Positions 57,901 to 64,000 of a stretch of DNA of 64,000 bases are shown here, piece after piece (the stretch's first letter is position 1; every line of letters begins with the position of its first letter). The position numbers and the translations under genes are program-made. Below the pieces are notes generated by a model, which was not told the DNA's origin, searched no databases, and saw only the letters and a list, made by a program, of their open reading frames with translations. The stretch comes from a virus. The stretch lies in the IMG/VR virus record IMGVR_UViG_3300036985_001643, positions 1 to 64,000 of that record; one strand, 5' to 3'.

Positions 57901-59031
57901 AAGGCACAGTTACCTCCTGTAGGTCAAGAGAAAGACAGTGCTGTATTTGATGTTAAAAATAACTATACATTAACAGAGAAAATGCGTCAAGCTGCTACTT
58001 CTCCTATTATTAATATAGGAACTAAAGTAGCACAAAACGTAGAAACTACTGGACAAAGAGTTGCTAATCCTATTACAAAAGAAGATAGAGTAAATGCATT
58101 TGATGAAGTAAGTGGTTCTTCTATAATTTGGGAGGACAGTGAAAACAAAGCTTTGGATACCTTTGTAGAAGATATAAAAAATGCTAATGGTAATGTTGAT
58201 TTTGCAAAAGTTATTACTTTTAATAATCAAAACCACAATAGTCCTCAATCTGTAAAAAGTTTAAATACTAAGATTAGATTAAAATTATACGGAGAACAAG
58301 CAAATCAACAACAATTTATACCAGGTGAGATATTAACAGCGTACGATACTTTTGGAGGTGAAGATATTTTATTTTACAATAGTGAAGATCTTATAGTAAA
58401 AGAAGCTACTGAGCCAGCAAGAAAAACAATTTCTGTAAATGTTACTTCAAGACAACAAGGTAATCGTTCTAAAAGTTTTGAGTTTAATATAATAAATCTT
58501 ACTCTTAAAAACGAAGAAGGTAAAGATATAACAGTTCCTATTATTGCTGAATCAAGTAAGGAAGAGTATCAAAGAACGTTAAGTCAATTGTTTAAAACAG
58601 ATAAACAAATGGGTTATGCTTTAAGTAGTAAATTTGGTAATTTAGAGTATGGATACGCTATCACTTCTCATAAAGCCCAAGGATCTACGTATACTAATGT
58701 TTACGTGATGGAAGACAATATTATGGGTAGTTCTAACGGAGGTTCTATGAAGGCTAAAAGTCAATCATTATACGTAGCTGTTTCTAGACCTACTACTAAG
58801 TTGGTAATGGTTAGTCAAAAAAACAACCAAAATATCACAGAGGGTACTTTTAGTATGAGTAACTTAGGAGATATCGATTTAGGTAATTATACAGATAAAG
58901 ATAATGCTTATAACAACGATGATTACGAAGCTTATTCTAGAGAAATGTATAACAATGACCAAGATCAATTGTTAGCAGAATCTCCAATAAGTAGAGATAG
59001 ATTAGAAAATTATTTGTTACTTTGTAAATAA
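51934..59031 (+). CDS. virion RNA polymerase catalytic (beta'-like) half fused to zincin metalloprotease, DUF4326-like, ART-like and SF1B (RecD/Dda-like) helicase domains
   Basis: RNAP: RIPTQ at 52648, GSDFDVDK (DxDxD at 52765-52779) and AVDNEK. Zincin: HELIH at 55717 with a downstream EF. DUF4326-like: FGNPF at ~56600. ART-like: YHGT...IYFS at 57064. Helicase: GKGGTGKT at 57547, APTHKA, IIDESSM, GDKAQLPPV, MRQ, YAITSHKAQGST and LYVAVSRP. Confidence 0.9.
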   Translation: MACQYFVNGEWISEEQFKEVLNNGLLDNLVANGTVKEEGFPVDNTKLLKTETVTTTKTTVPVEKLAAILAKEVSTRSGYPLNMLSALELKEDKSDFKIPLWASPYASKFESLLTSLVSNKVVKQKFAGTSSVLGSEEGFRIKQGDEAAGSLKDSSIVFSDNFDPEKGLQPMRVDPKTGKILPAQIMLPFKFRDESGNILFINDFLKLDSSGRPLRTPDGRVTIDDSKLPAKLRQLFGFRIPTQERNSMAAVEIVGFLPEAMGDLVLAPRDFTKQMGSDFDVDKLYSYLYNHFYKDGKLYTNFPSDKKTIKKLTDAAKEHLATLKSSLKLNSAEQALLNAYIDNKLEKNDDNDQDELLTKATTLIARLTNSPIMEEIENVTNDLSIYNRAYKASRQNKILDIHLSVMLSNNPEVIKSIIALDSFGDFEQLAQDLYKVRSERGLIPPITTILSDTYQRTKYINATAGKTGVGSFSLDSTFNASAQGKELTIINMDDETQTNVFGTPIEPKNPTAAEVLEANMTVAAFGTNVSKGDLSDKYTLRSRNLINKAKEEGRELTEEEKDSLKMKSTIIRSLQSTAVDNEKAQILDKLNINDQTMDAVRALTILGFEEKEIVGLITQEIIWEFTAALKDNGSSLTPFQANAAETLFIDLVKKYDPEGKLAELKPYELEALQSATSESLMSDINTQTLQELSVGPTPDANLRQLAALAKFLKLTQIGKDIKTLQSTINTDSKGVPKSLVETDAKVKQIERLAASNIFNATKLLGEYEGSKLVTPTTLNGFASKYGTMFADTIYKQYFPYHTTGFKVLVDELLQYIPKGKNASLTKQAELQLELMDAVKSFLYGNANTNLFTENPDSERARLFIDTKTNKSLATILQSVSEEKWYTSNGFLNKLSLDQQKNGQVSRVNFESASGENLDERDIYDGFNYLLSKNFPIGTFNGIDYTSRMLAQDLVASAFLEGGQQGSKQYLKYVPTAYLKTIGFGDYLSNTSFNYLDTFLGNLSPEGQLMYNNPSSFMRQYFQNNADKAKKVSLSDLQGKISAVPEGYFTLNEEALKDNIVEITDPYTGEPTTTQTKFLSIYDSKVPGKYALFEFDAVDRLYRRIPTLQGSFGFVSYNSQVGTPLPIEKANRTVKQEGNQEIPGYTLPHTPTTPTKSFDVNVVNNTVKPVTANTLPISKTLSGTKEALDDLINNIQFEDGVSSLNRQLLSSLRDLQLPDNFKVVYDDTLSSRGGYSYDKQILFINLKHEANQNIDGLATAVAHELIHALTSEAIYEYQKGDLSKLTADQIKAIESLKALQDKYIDHLKTKGEAGALQAFKDKYEAWVARGKTGKVGVSAEDISKFYAGIKLSEFVTMTLSDPGFQQHLASVIDESGKSLWEQIKEVLGELLNTLGLDIKPGSALASAVKSSMDLITANQQAMGTKLFVTKIDQFNYSYDAVNNVVIHNAKTGDKVETNDTQINKVLVQYALANNKEQRVFNGSTYVAIADRILNIKNANEVSLETWESAKSTKPSTSIKPTIDTSREWKGDLESRPVYTSEGVNTMRTTSAKADEHFGNPFSEAGYGNTIKVASIGAAVRMYKDWLLNNAVTESEIVKGNVSDLAKFDNQRAWILNQINQGKLDGATLLYAGKSEARGQGMHPTALAEVVEQLRSKSTQPSTQQQTPVSEVKEGVQEIFESNPELANIGTPEQYSQYLDTIFPDSKVKDILYHGTASPNTIEKLQPQNDRIYFSDNLTAARYASWDQDNRVQFEPGSQTKLQVIPAIINLTNPVKLSDVNFKETETNKEGDGIIGTNIEDPLGGRENQIVVRNADQVYELGTKQDLEGFKKFIAKDTKYELFPGVYANQGQTEALDKLTDFLSSDKQAFLLQGKGGTGKTTIIKKIVKEAQAQGNSVLAIAPTHKAKKVLAKSLNDPGIKSTTLAAALAIKLDETTGKFTPDEFARKMDKVPITKTSLVIIDESSMISDKLLEEIKELLPKGTKIIFMGDKAQLPPVGQEKDSAVFDVKNNYTLTEKMRQAATSPIINIGTKVAQNVETTGQRVANPITKEDRVNAFDEVSGSSIIWEDSENKALDTFVEDIKNANGNVDFAKVITFNNQNHNSPQSVKSLNTKIRLKLYGEQANQQQFIPGEILTAYDTFGGEDILFYNSEDLIVKEATEPARKTISVNVTSRQQGNRSKSFEFNIINLTLKNEEGKDITVPIIAESSKEEYQRTLSQLFKTDKQMGYALSSKFGNLEYGYAITSHKAQGSTYTNVYVMEDNIMGSSNGGSMKAKSQSLYVAVSRPTTKLVMVSQKNNQNITEGTFSMSNLGDIDLGNYTDKDNAYNNDDYEAYSREMYNNDQDQLLAESPISRDRLENYLLLCK

Positions 59032-59041
59032 AGAAGACAGT

Positions 59042-62000
59042 ATGAGTGCAGCAACATGTATCAATAAAAATACCCCAGAGTATAAAGCATTGCTAAGTCA
59101 AGTAGGAAGCGAAAGACTAGCAGTGTTAGCTATATTAAACAATGGTTACGAAGTACCAGATGTACGACCTATTACAGAGATTAAGAATGCTATCAAGTTT
59201 AAATCTGAGGTAGAAAACTTTGCAGGTATTGCTGCTAACTTAAGAAGATATAATACTAAAAATAATACTTCCCACTACTTTACTTTTACTAAAGCTTTTG
59301 GTAATACGTTTAAACTAGAGTTGAAGTATAACTACTTACCTGTTGACTTAGAAAGACAACGTCAGCGTAAAGCTAGACAAGGTGATCCTATGTATATGGT
59401 GGTAGGGTTTAATCAACAAGGTTTTAACCAAGTGTATCCTAACAATAATAGACAAAGTAACCTTTTTGAAGGAGCTATTACAGGTAAAGAAACACCTACT
59501 ACATCTACTTCTACTATAGAGGAAGAAAGAGATTTAGGTTTTTACAATGGTGATGCTGCATTACTAGAACAAGAATCTAGAGACATGGATTTCTTAATAG
59601 AAGGTTCAGGAAAGAAAGTAGTTGACTTAGAAAAACGTAGAGAAAGAAAGATTAATGACGAGATTATTAAGCAACGTCAGTTACTAAAAAATGTAACAGA
59701 TGCTGATTCTCTACGTTCGATTATTAATAAGATTGAGGGACTAAGAAAACAATTAGACCAAGCTGAAGGAAGAGTAGTTGTAGCACAAAACATTAATGCG
59801 TTTGAGGACGTATTACAATTTGGTAATTCTCAAGTTAATGAGATACAAAAATTACTTAGCAATCCTGCAGTTAGTTACGAAGATGTTTATTATGCTCAAA
59901 AAGTATTAAACCTTTGGTTAAAAGCAGGTGACTTCTCAACACCAAGTGAGGAACATATTTTCCTAGACGAATACGAGTTTAATACTCCAGAAATACGTAG
60001 TGCTTTTAGAGAGATAGCTTCTAAAGCATCGGACTTACAAAGTCACTTAACAACACTTAAAACTAACTATGTATCTAACTTTGTTAGACAGTACACAGAT
60101 GGTAAATTAAGTAAAGAAGAAATCTTTAAGCATTTAAAACAAGTTGGTAAAATAGGTACTACTACCTTAAACTTATCTCGTCACGATGACGCAATGTTAC
60201 AAGCTATCTTCTCTGCGGTAGAACAAGCAAATATGAATGCTAAGTTAGAAGCAGGAGAAGTATGGGAAAAACTAGATGTATTATCTAAAGCTTTCTTAAA
60301 GAAATCAGGAGGTAATTTTGATATACTTAAACAAGTAGACGAGAACGGTTTAGAAACAGGTAGAGCAGTATCTAGATTTGCTACTAGTTTCTACGAGACT
60401 AGAAACCAATTGATGAAGAATGCTTTCTGGTCCAGAGACGCTGTTACGGGTAAGTTAAAAAAAAATGATGCCGGTGTAAAAGCTTATTATGATTGGATTA
60501 ATAAGAATACAGCATCTTTTGATCCTAGAATATTGCTCCCTGATAGTAACCTAGAAGACGGAGTTATTCCTGAAAGTGCACTATATAAGAGAGTTAAGTT
60601 TGACGAAGGTTCTAGACAAAAACATATTGCCGAATTAAAGTCTCACTTAGGAGAAAAAGGTTACGAGTACTACATTAAAAGAGTAGAAGCTAAGATAGAG
60701 AAGTTTAAGATTCGTAGAGAAGTAGCTTATTCTTCTATTCAATTAGAAGAAGGACTATCTCAACAAGAGAAAGACAGTTTGTTTGATACTTGGCAAAAAG
60801 AACATTCTCCTTATTGGGGTATGGATATGGCAGAAAACCCTGTTAGTAGAAGAAAAGGTAAAGATTCTTTCTATTCTCCTAAAGGTATTAGAGAATACGT
60901 AGAACAAGTTCCTAAGAAAACTGTAGACGGTGTTACTACTAAGTGGTACGATCAAAACTTTGCTAAGATAGAAGCTGACGAAGATTTATTAGCTTACCAT
61001 TCTTTCATGATGGAAACGTTAAATACCTTACGCTATACTCTTCCTCAACAGAAACAAGCATTATTAGGAGTAGGTGTATTACCTACTATCCAAAAAAGCT
61101 TAATGGATATCTTTCAGGAAAAAGGAGTAATGATGGGTATAGTTCCTTTTTGGGACAAAATGAAACAGTTGCAAACTACTACAGATTTTGCTACTACTGT
61201 ACACTCTGACGTTGATTCTTTTACAGGTGATATTGAAAAAAATATTCAACTACAATTTATCGAAGATACTAGTGCTAAAGTTCGAGAAATAGTAAAAGAA
61301 AAAACTATAGCTCATAAACAAGCAACTGGGAAACCAGCTACTACAGCAGAGATAAACCAATTTACTGCTGAAGCTAGAGACTTCTTATCAAAAAATAAGT
61401 CTTGGGATATCACTAAGATCTTAAAAGCATACTCTTTAACAGTATTGGCCCACAAACACAAATCTTTTATAGAACCTCAAATACGTCTTGCTGAACAAGC
61501 GTTTAAGAGTCGTAAACAATTGGTTACCAATAAAGCAGGTGAAGTACAGAAGGATGTTCAAGGTAACGTATTAGTACAAGAAGGTAACGATAACCTTAAA
61601 TCTGCATTAGAGTTTTTCCTAGATTCTGAATATTGGGGTGTAGGAGGACGTAAAGTAGAAGGTGTTACTAAAACTAAGTTATACACTAAAGAAGAAACTG
61701 CCCACAAGAAAGAGTTAGAAGCTTTACTTGCTGAAGCTACTACAGATGAGGATAAACAATTCCTACAAGATCGTATTGATTCTCTAGGAGGTTTCCGTAC
61801 TATGAGTGGTGTAGGAGATGCAGCTTTAAAGTATATGACACTTAAAGGTTTAGGGTGGAACTTTTTCTCAGCATTTTCTAATATTGGTTTTGGTGCTATT
61901 TCTAATATTATCCAAGCTTCGGACGGTAGAGAATACTCAGCTAAACACTTAAGAGACGCTTATTTACTTGTTACTAATTCTATAGGTAGAAACGCTTCCT

Positions 62001-63181
62001 TCAATACTTGGGAAGGTGTTAACGGTAATGCTTTAAAAATTAGAAAATTAATGGACAAGTGGGATTTATTACAGACATCCAACAAAGAGATGTTTGATAC
62101 ATCTAACAAGTCATCAATGAGTAAGTTAAACAGGTTTGGTCCTTTTACCTTACAAGAACGTTCAGAGTACTTAAATATTGCTCCTGTAATGGTAGCAATA
62201 ATGATGGAGTTCCCTGCTACTAACCCTGATGGTAAAGCTACTACAATGTGGGAAGCTTACGACATGTCTACTGGATCTTTAAAAGAAGGATACACTACTA
62301 CTACCGATGAGGTAAAGATGTTCCAAAAGATTAAACGTGTAGTAGAAATGAATCATGGTGATTACAATAATGCACTACAAGTTAAAGCTACTATAGGTGG
62401 TAGAGCTCTTTCACAATTTCGTACTTGGATGTTTGAAGGTTTTGCTAACAGATTTGAAGCAGAAAAAGTAGATTACGCATTATCTTACGGATTAGACGAA
62501 GCTTATGTACGTAAAGGTAGATACAAAAGTTATACTAAAGGGCAACTTAATGTAACAGGTGCTGCAATAGGTACTATGATTCTTCCAGGTATCGGAACAG
62601 CTGTAGGTGCAGGTGCAGGTTATCTGGCGGGTAAATTTTTTGGCATGCAGACTGAAGAGTCAGCAATGGGGGATACTTTGTACACTCTTAAACATTTAGC
62701 TCGTAAGTTAATGTTTAGTAAGAGTAGAAGTACAGATTTTAACGAAAAGTTTTCTAAAGTAGATGCAGCCAACATGCGTAAAAACATGACCGAATTATAC
62801 ATAATTTTAGGTCTTATGGGGCTTGCTTTAATGTTAAAAGCTTTAGCCGGAGGAGACGATGAAGAAGAAGATGCATCATTCGCTACTAACTTCTTATTAA
62901 ACCAAACTATTCGTCTACGTACAGATATTGGGTTCTATACTAACCCTTTAGAGTTTGAGAAACTTACTAAAACAGCTGTACCAATGGCTCAATTAGTATC
63001 TGATGTTACTCAAGTTATGAGTGACATAGGAACACACTTAAACGATAAAAAAGATGACGAAGTATTTAATTCAGGATCTTTTAAAGGTGTCCCAAAATGG
63101 TTAATACATACAGGACAATTACTTCCTGGACCTGCTCAAGGTATACGTTTGTATAAAACAGGTGACAAAGTAATAGATTAA
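59042..63181 (+). CDS. giant ejected cargo protein with C-terminal membrane segments
   Basis: M...C.NKN.PEYK N-terminus, HG.Y and GR...QFR.W motifs, a glycine zipper GAAIG...PGIGTAVGAGAG, and TM segment LYIILGLMGLALML. It is the last gene of the crAss RNAP block. Confidence 0.7.
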   Translation: MSAATCINKNTPEYKALLSQVGSERLAVLAILNNGYEVPDVRPITEIKNAIKFKSEVENFAGIAANLRRYNTKNNTSHYFTFTKAFGNTFKLELKYNYLPVDLERQRQRKARQGDPMYMVVGFNQQGFNQVYPNNNRQSNLFEGAITGKETPTTSTSTIEEERDLGFYNGDAALLEQESRDMDFLIEGSGKKVVDLEKRRERKINDEIIKQRQLLKNVTDADSLRSIINKIEGLRKQLDQAEGRVVVAQNINAFEDVLQFGNSQVNEIQKLLSNPAVSYEDVYYAQKVLNLWLKAGDFSTPSEEHIFLDEYEFNTPEIRSAFREIASKASDLQSHLTTLKTNYVSNFVRQYTDGKLSKEEIFKHLKQVGKIGTTTLNLSRHDDAMLQAIFSAVEQANMNAKLEAGEVWEKLDVLSKAFLKKSGGNFDILKQVDENGLETGRAVSRFATSFYETRNQLMKNAFWSRDAVTGKLKKNDAGVKAYYDWINKNTASFDPRILLPDSNLEDGVIPESALYKRVKFDEGSRQKHIAELKSHLGEKGYEYYIKRVEAKIEKFKIRREVAYSSIQLEEGLSQQEKDSLFDTWQKEHSPYWGMDMAENPVSRRKGKDSFYSPKGIREYVEQVPKKTVDGVTTKWYDQNFAKIEADEDLLAYHSFMMETLNTLRYTLPQQKQALLGVGVLPTIQKSLMDIFQEKGVMMGIVPFWDKMKQLQTTTDFATTVHSDVDSFTGDIEKNIQLQFIEDTSAKVREIVKEKTIAHKQATGKPATTAEINQFTAEARDFLSKNKSWDITKILKAYSLTVLAHKHKSFIEPQIRLAEQAFKSRKQLVTNKAGEVQKDVQGNVLVQEGNDNLKSALEFFLDSEYWGVGGRKVEGVTKTKLYTKEETAHKKELEALLAEATTDEDKQFLQDRIDSLGGFRTMSGVGDAALKYMTLKGLGWNFFSAFSNIGFGAISNIIQASDGREYSAKHLRDAYLLVTNSIGRNASFNTWEGVNGNALKIRKLMDKWDLLQTSNKEMFDTSNKSSMSKLNRFGPFTLQERSEYLNIAPVMVAIMMEFPATNPDGKATTMWEAYDMSTGSLKEGYTTTTDEVKMFQKIKRVVEMNHGDYNNALQVKATIGGRALSQFRTWMFEGFANRFEAEKVDYALSYGLDEAYVRKGRYKSYTKGQLNVTGAAIGTMILPGIGTAVGAGAGYLAGKFFGMQTEESAMGDTLYTLKHLARKLMFSKSRSTDFNEKFSKVDAANMRKNMTELYIILGLMGLALMLKALAGGDDEEEDASFATNFLLNQTIRLRTDIGFYTNPLEFEKLTKTAVPMAQLVSDVTQVMSDIGTHLNDKKDDEVFNSGSFKGVPKWLIHTGQLLPGPAQGIRLYKTGDKVID

Positions 63182-63190
63182 TATCAATAT

Positions 63191-63241
63191 ACCCCCTCGG
63201 CTTCCCGTTAGAACAGCTCGCTTAGAGGGGGTTTTCTTTTT
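63191..63241 (+). terminator. terminator at the convergence of the late block and the minus-strand genes
   Basis: ACCCCCTC / GAGGGGGT stem with a 26-nt loop, followed by TTTTCTTTTT. Confidence 0.7.
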
Positions 63242-63419
63242 AATTTAGTAAGTCTTCACAAGCATTTACAAAATGATAGTACTCGTTACTAGGACTTTCT
63301 CCACATTCTATTTCGTCCAACATCAATTGGAAAAAATCTTCTACATCATCCTTTGTATGAGGATGTTTGACTATAAAGTCTTTCTTGAAGTTAATAGCTT
63401 CTGTTAATACTTCTTTCAT
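63240..63419 (-). CDS. small acidic hypothetical protein
   Basis: ORF track 63240..63437. The ATG at 63419 (MKEVLTEA) is preferred because it abuts the upstream mini-ORF. Confidence 0.6.
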   Translation of the reverse strand: MKEVLTEAINFKKDFIVKHPHTKDDVEDFFQLMLDEIECGESPSNEYYHFVNACEDLLN

Positions 63420-63420
63420 A

Positions 63421-63525
63421 TTAAATAAGTTTACCACAGCGTGTACATGCTGTTACATTATGGTTTACAATTATTGCGTCACAGTAATAACAACGCATTA
63501 CTGCTTGATATCTATAAGTCTTCAT
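63421..63525 (-). CDS. 34-aa zinc-ribbon mini-protein (absent from the ORF track)
   Basis: Manual translation gives MKTYRYQAVMRCYYCDAIIVNHNVTACTRCGKLI*, with CxxC-x11-CxxC and an ATGA overlap with the upstream gene. Confidence 0.6.
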   Translation of the reverse strand: MKTYRYQAVMRCYYCDAIIVNHNVTACTRCGKLI

Positions 63526-63773
63526 AGTACTATTTTATCAAGTTTATACTTTAATACTTTGTAAGCAGCTTTCAATGCTGCAGATTCTTTAGTACCATCA
63601 ATAGTAGTATCTTTTGCAGGTGTGTGTTTTCGATTTGCTCTTTCATCGTAAAACTTCATTCTTTCATTATAATACGATAAGTGTAGTTTAGTTTTAGTAT
63701 GGTAATCAGTAAGAACTTCCATAAAACTAATAACCTCTTGTTCTATCTTTTTAACTTTGTGTAGACTCTGCAT
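63522..63773 (-). CDS. hypothetical protein
   Basis: 83-aa ORF in the minus-strand operon. Confidence 0.6.
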   Translation of the reverse strand: MQSLHKVKKIEQEVISFMEVLTDYHTKTKLHLSYYNERMKFYDERANRKHTPAKDTTIDGTKESAALKAAYKVLKYKLDKIVL

Positions 63774-63999
63774 CTTGTTGTTTCATTTTAGTTACTACAT
63801 TCTTTACCTGTCTTTCCGTCAACTCTGTTACCACACATCTTCCAAGATCGTATTTATCTCTTACTAACTTAGTAATCAAGTGTAAAGCATTACCATCACC
63901 TGTTGCTATTTGTTTCCCAATTTGAGCAATAGCAAAAGACATGTTAGCAGCAACTACCTCATCAACTTTCCAAATCTTGTCTCGATTCTTTGCGTTCTT
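63751..63999 (-). CDS. hypothetical protein, probably 5'-truncated by the window edge
   Basis: The frame of ORF 63751..63942 stays open up to the end of the window. Confidence 0.55.
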   Translation of the reverse strand, partial: KNAKNRDKIWKVDEVVAANMSFAIAQIGKQIATGDGNALHLITKLVRDKYDLGRCVVTELTERQVKNVVTKMKQQDAESTQS

Positions 64000-64000
64000 T

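Noticed and set aside
59009-59024. Promoter upstream of the last cargo gene
   Set aside because: TTACTTTG and ATTATTTG do not match TAnnTTTG and lie in coding sequence.
1113-62802. Numerous short antisense and alternate-frame ORFs in the ORF track (e.g. 4717-5022, 27930-28283, 33325-33633, 57970-58248)
   Set aside because: They lie wholly or largely within long, motif-bearing + strand genes and have shadow-ORF composition.
1-64000. Stop-codon reassignment, as seen in some Crassvirales
   Set aside because: Genes are full-length in code 11, and TAG (e.g. terL, MCP), TGA and TAA all end genes at sensible boundaries.
1-64000. tRNA or rRNA genes
   Set aside because: I recognised no cloverleaf or T-arm signature, and intergenic gaps are short. 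A tRNAscan-SE or Infernal run would be needed to exclude them formally.

Overview
This 64 kb window is the virion-structure and ejection half of a crAss-like phage genome (Crassvirales). It is AT-rich, uses the standard code 11, and carries TAnnTTTG promoters that point to a Bacteroidota host, probably flavobacterial. The + strand runs: two RepL-like/wHTH genes with operator-like repeats, small genes, terminase large subunit, portal, scaffold, major capsid protein, ring and auxiliary capsid genes, a modular tail fibre block, a lysis cassette, ring/IHF/muzzle genes, and five giant ejected cargo proteins. Two of these carry the halves of a split virion RNA polymerase, with a ferritin-like gene between them. 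A terminator near 63.2 kb separates this block from convergent small genes. Main observations: (1) the three consecutive giant proteins (7385 aa) contain only five Cys, four of them in matched C-terminal/N-terminal positions, suggesting head-to-tail covalent or metal-mediated chaining. (2) The catalytic RNAP half is fused to zincin, DUF4326-like, ART-like and SF1 helicase domains. (3) Repeat-bounded swappable domain cassettes sit inside the 3641-aa protein. (4) One cargo protein is punctuated by 13 [FYM]xxGG motifs and contains an outer-membrane beta-barrel-like segment. All family assignments come from motif recognition and gene order, not database searches.
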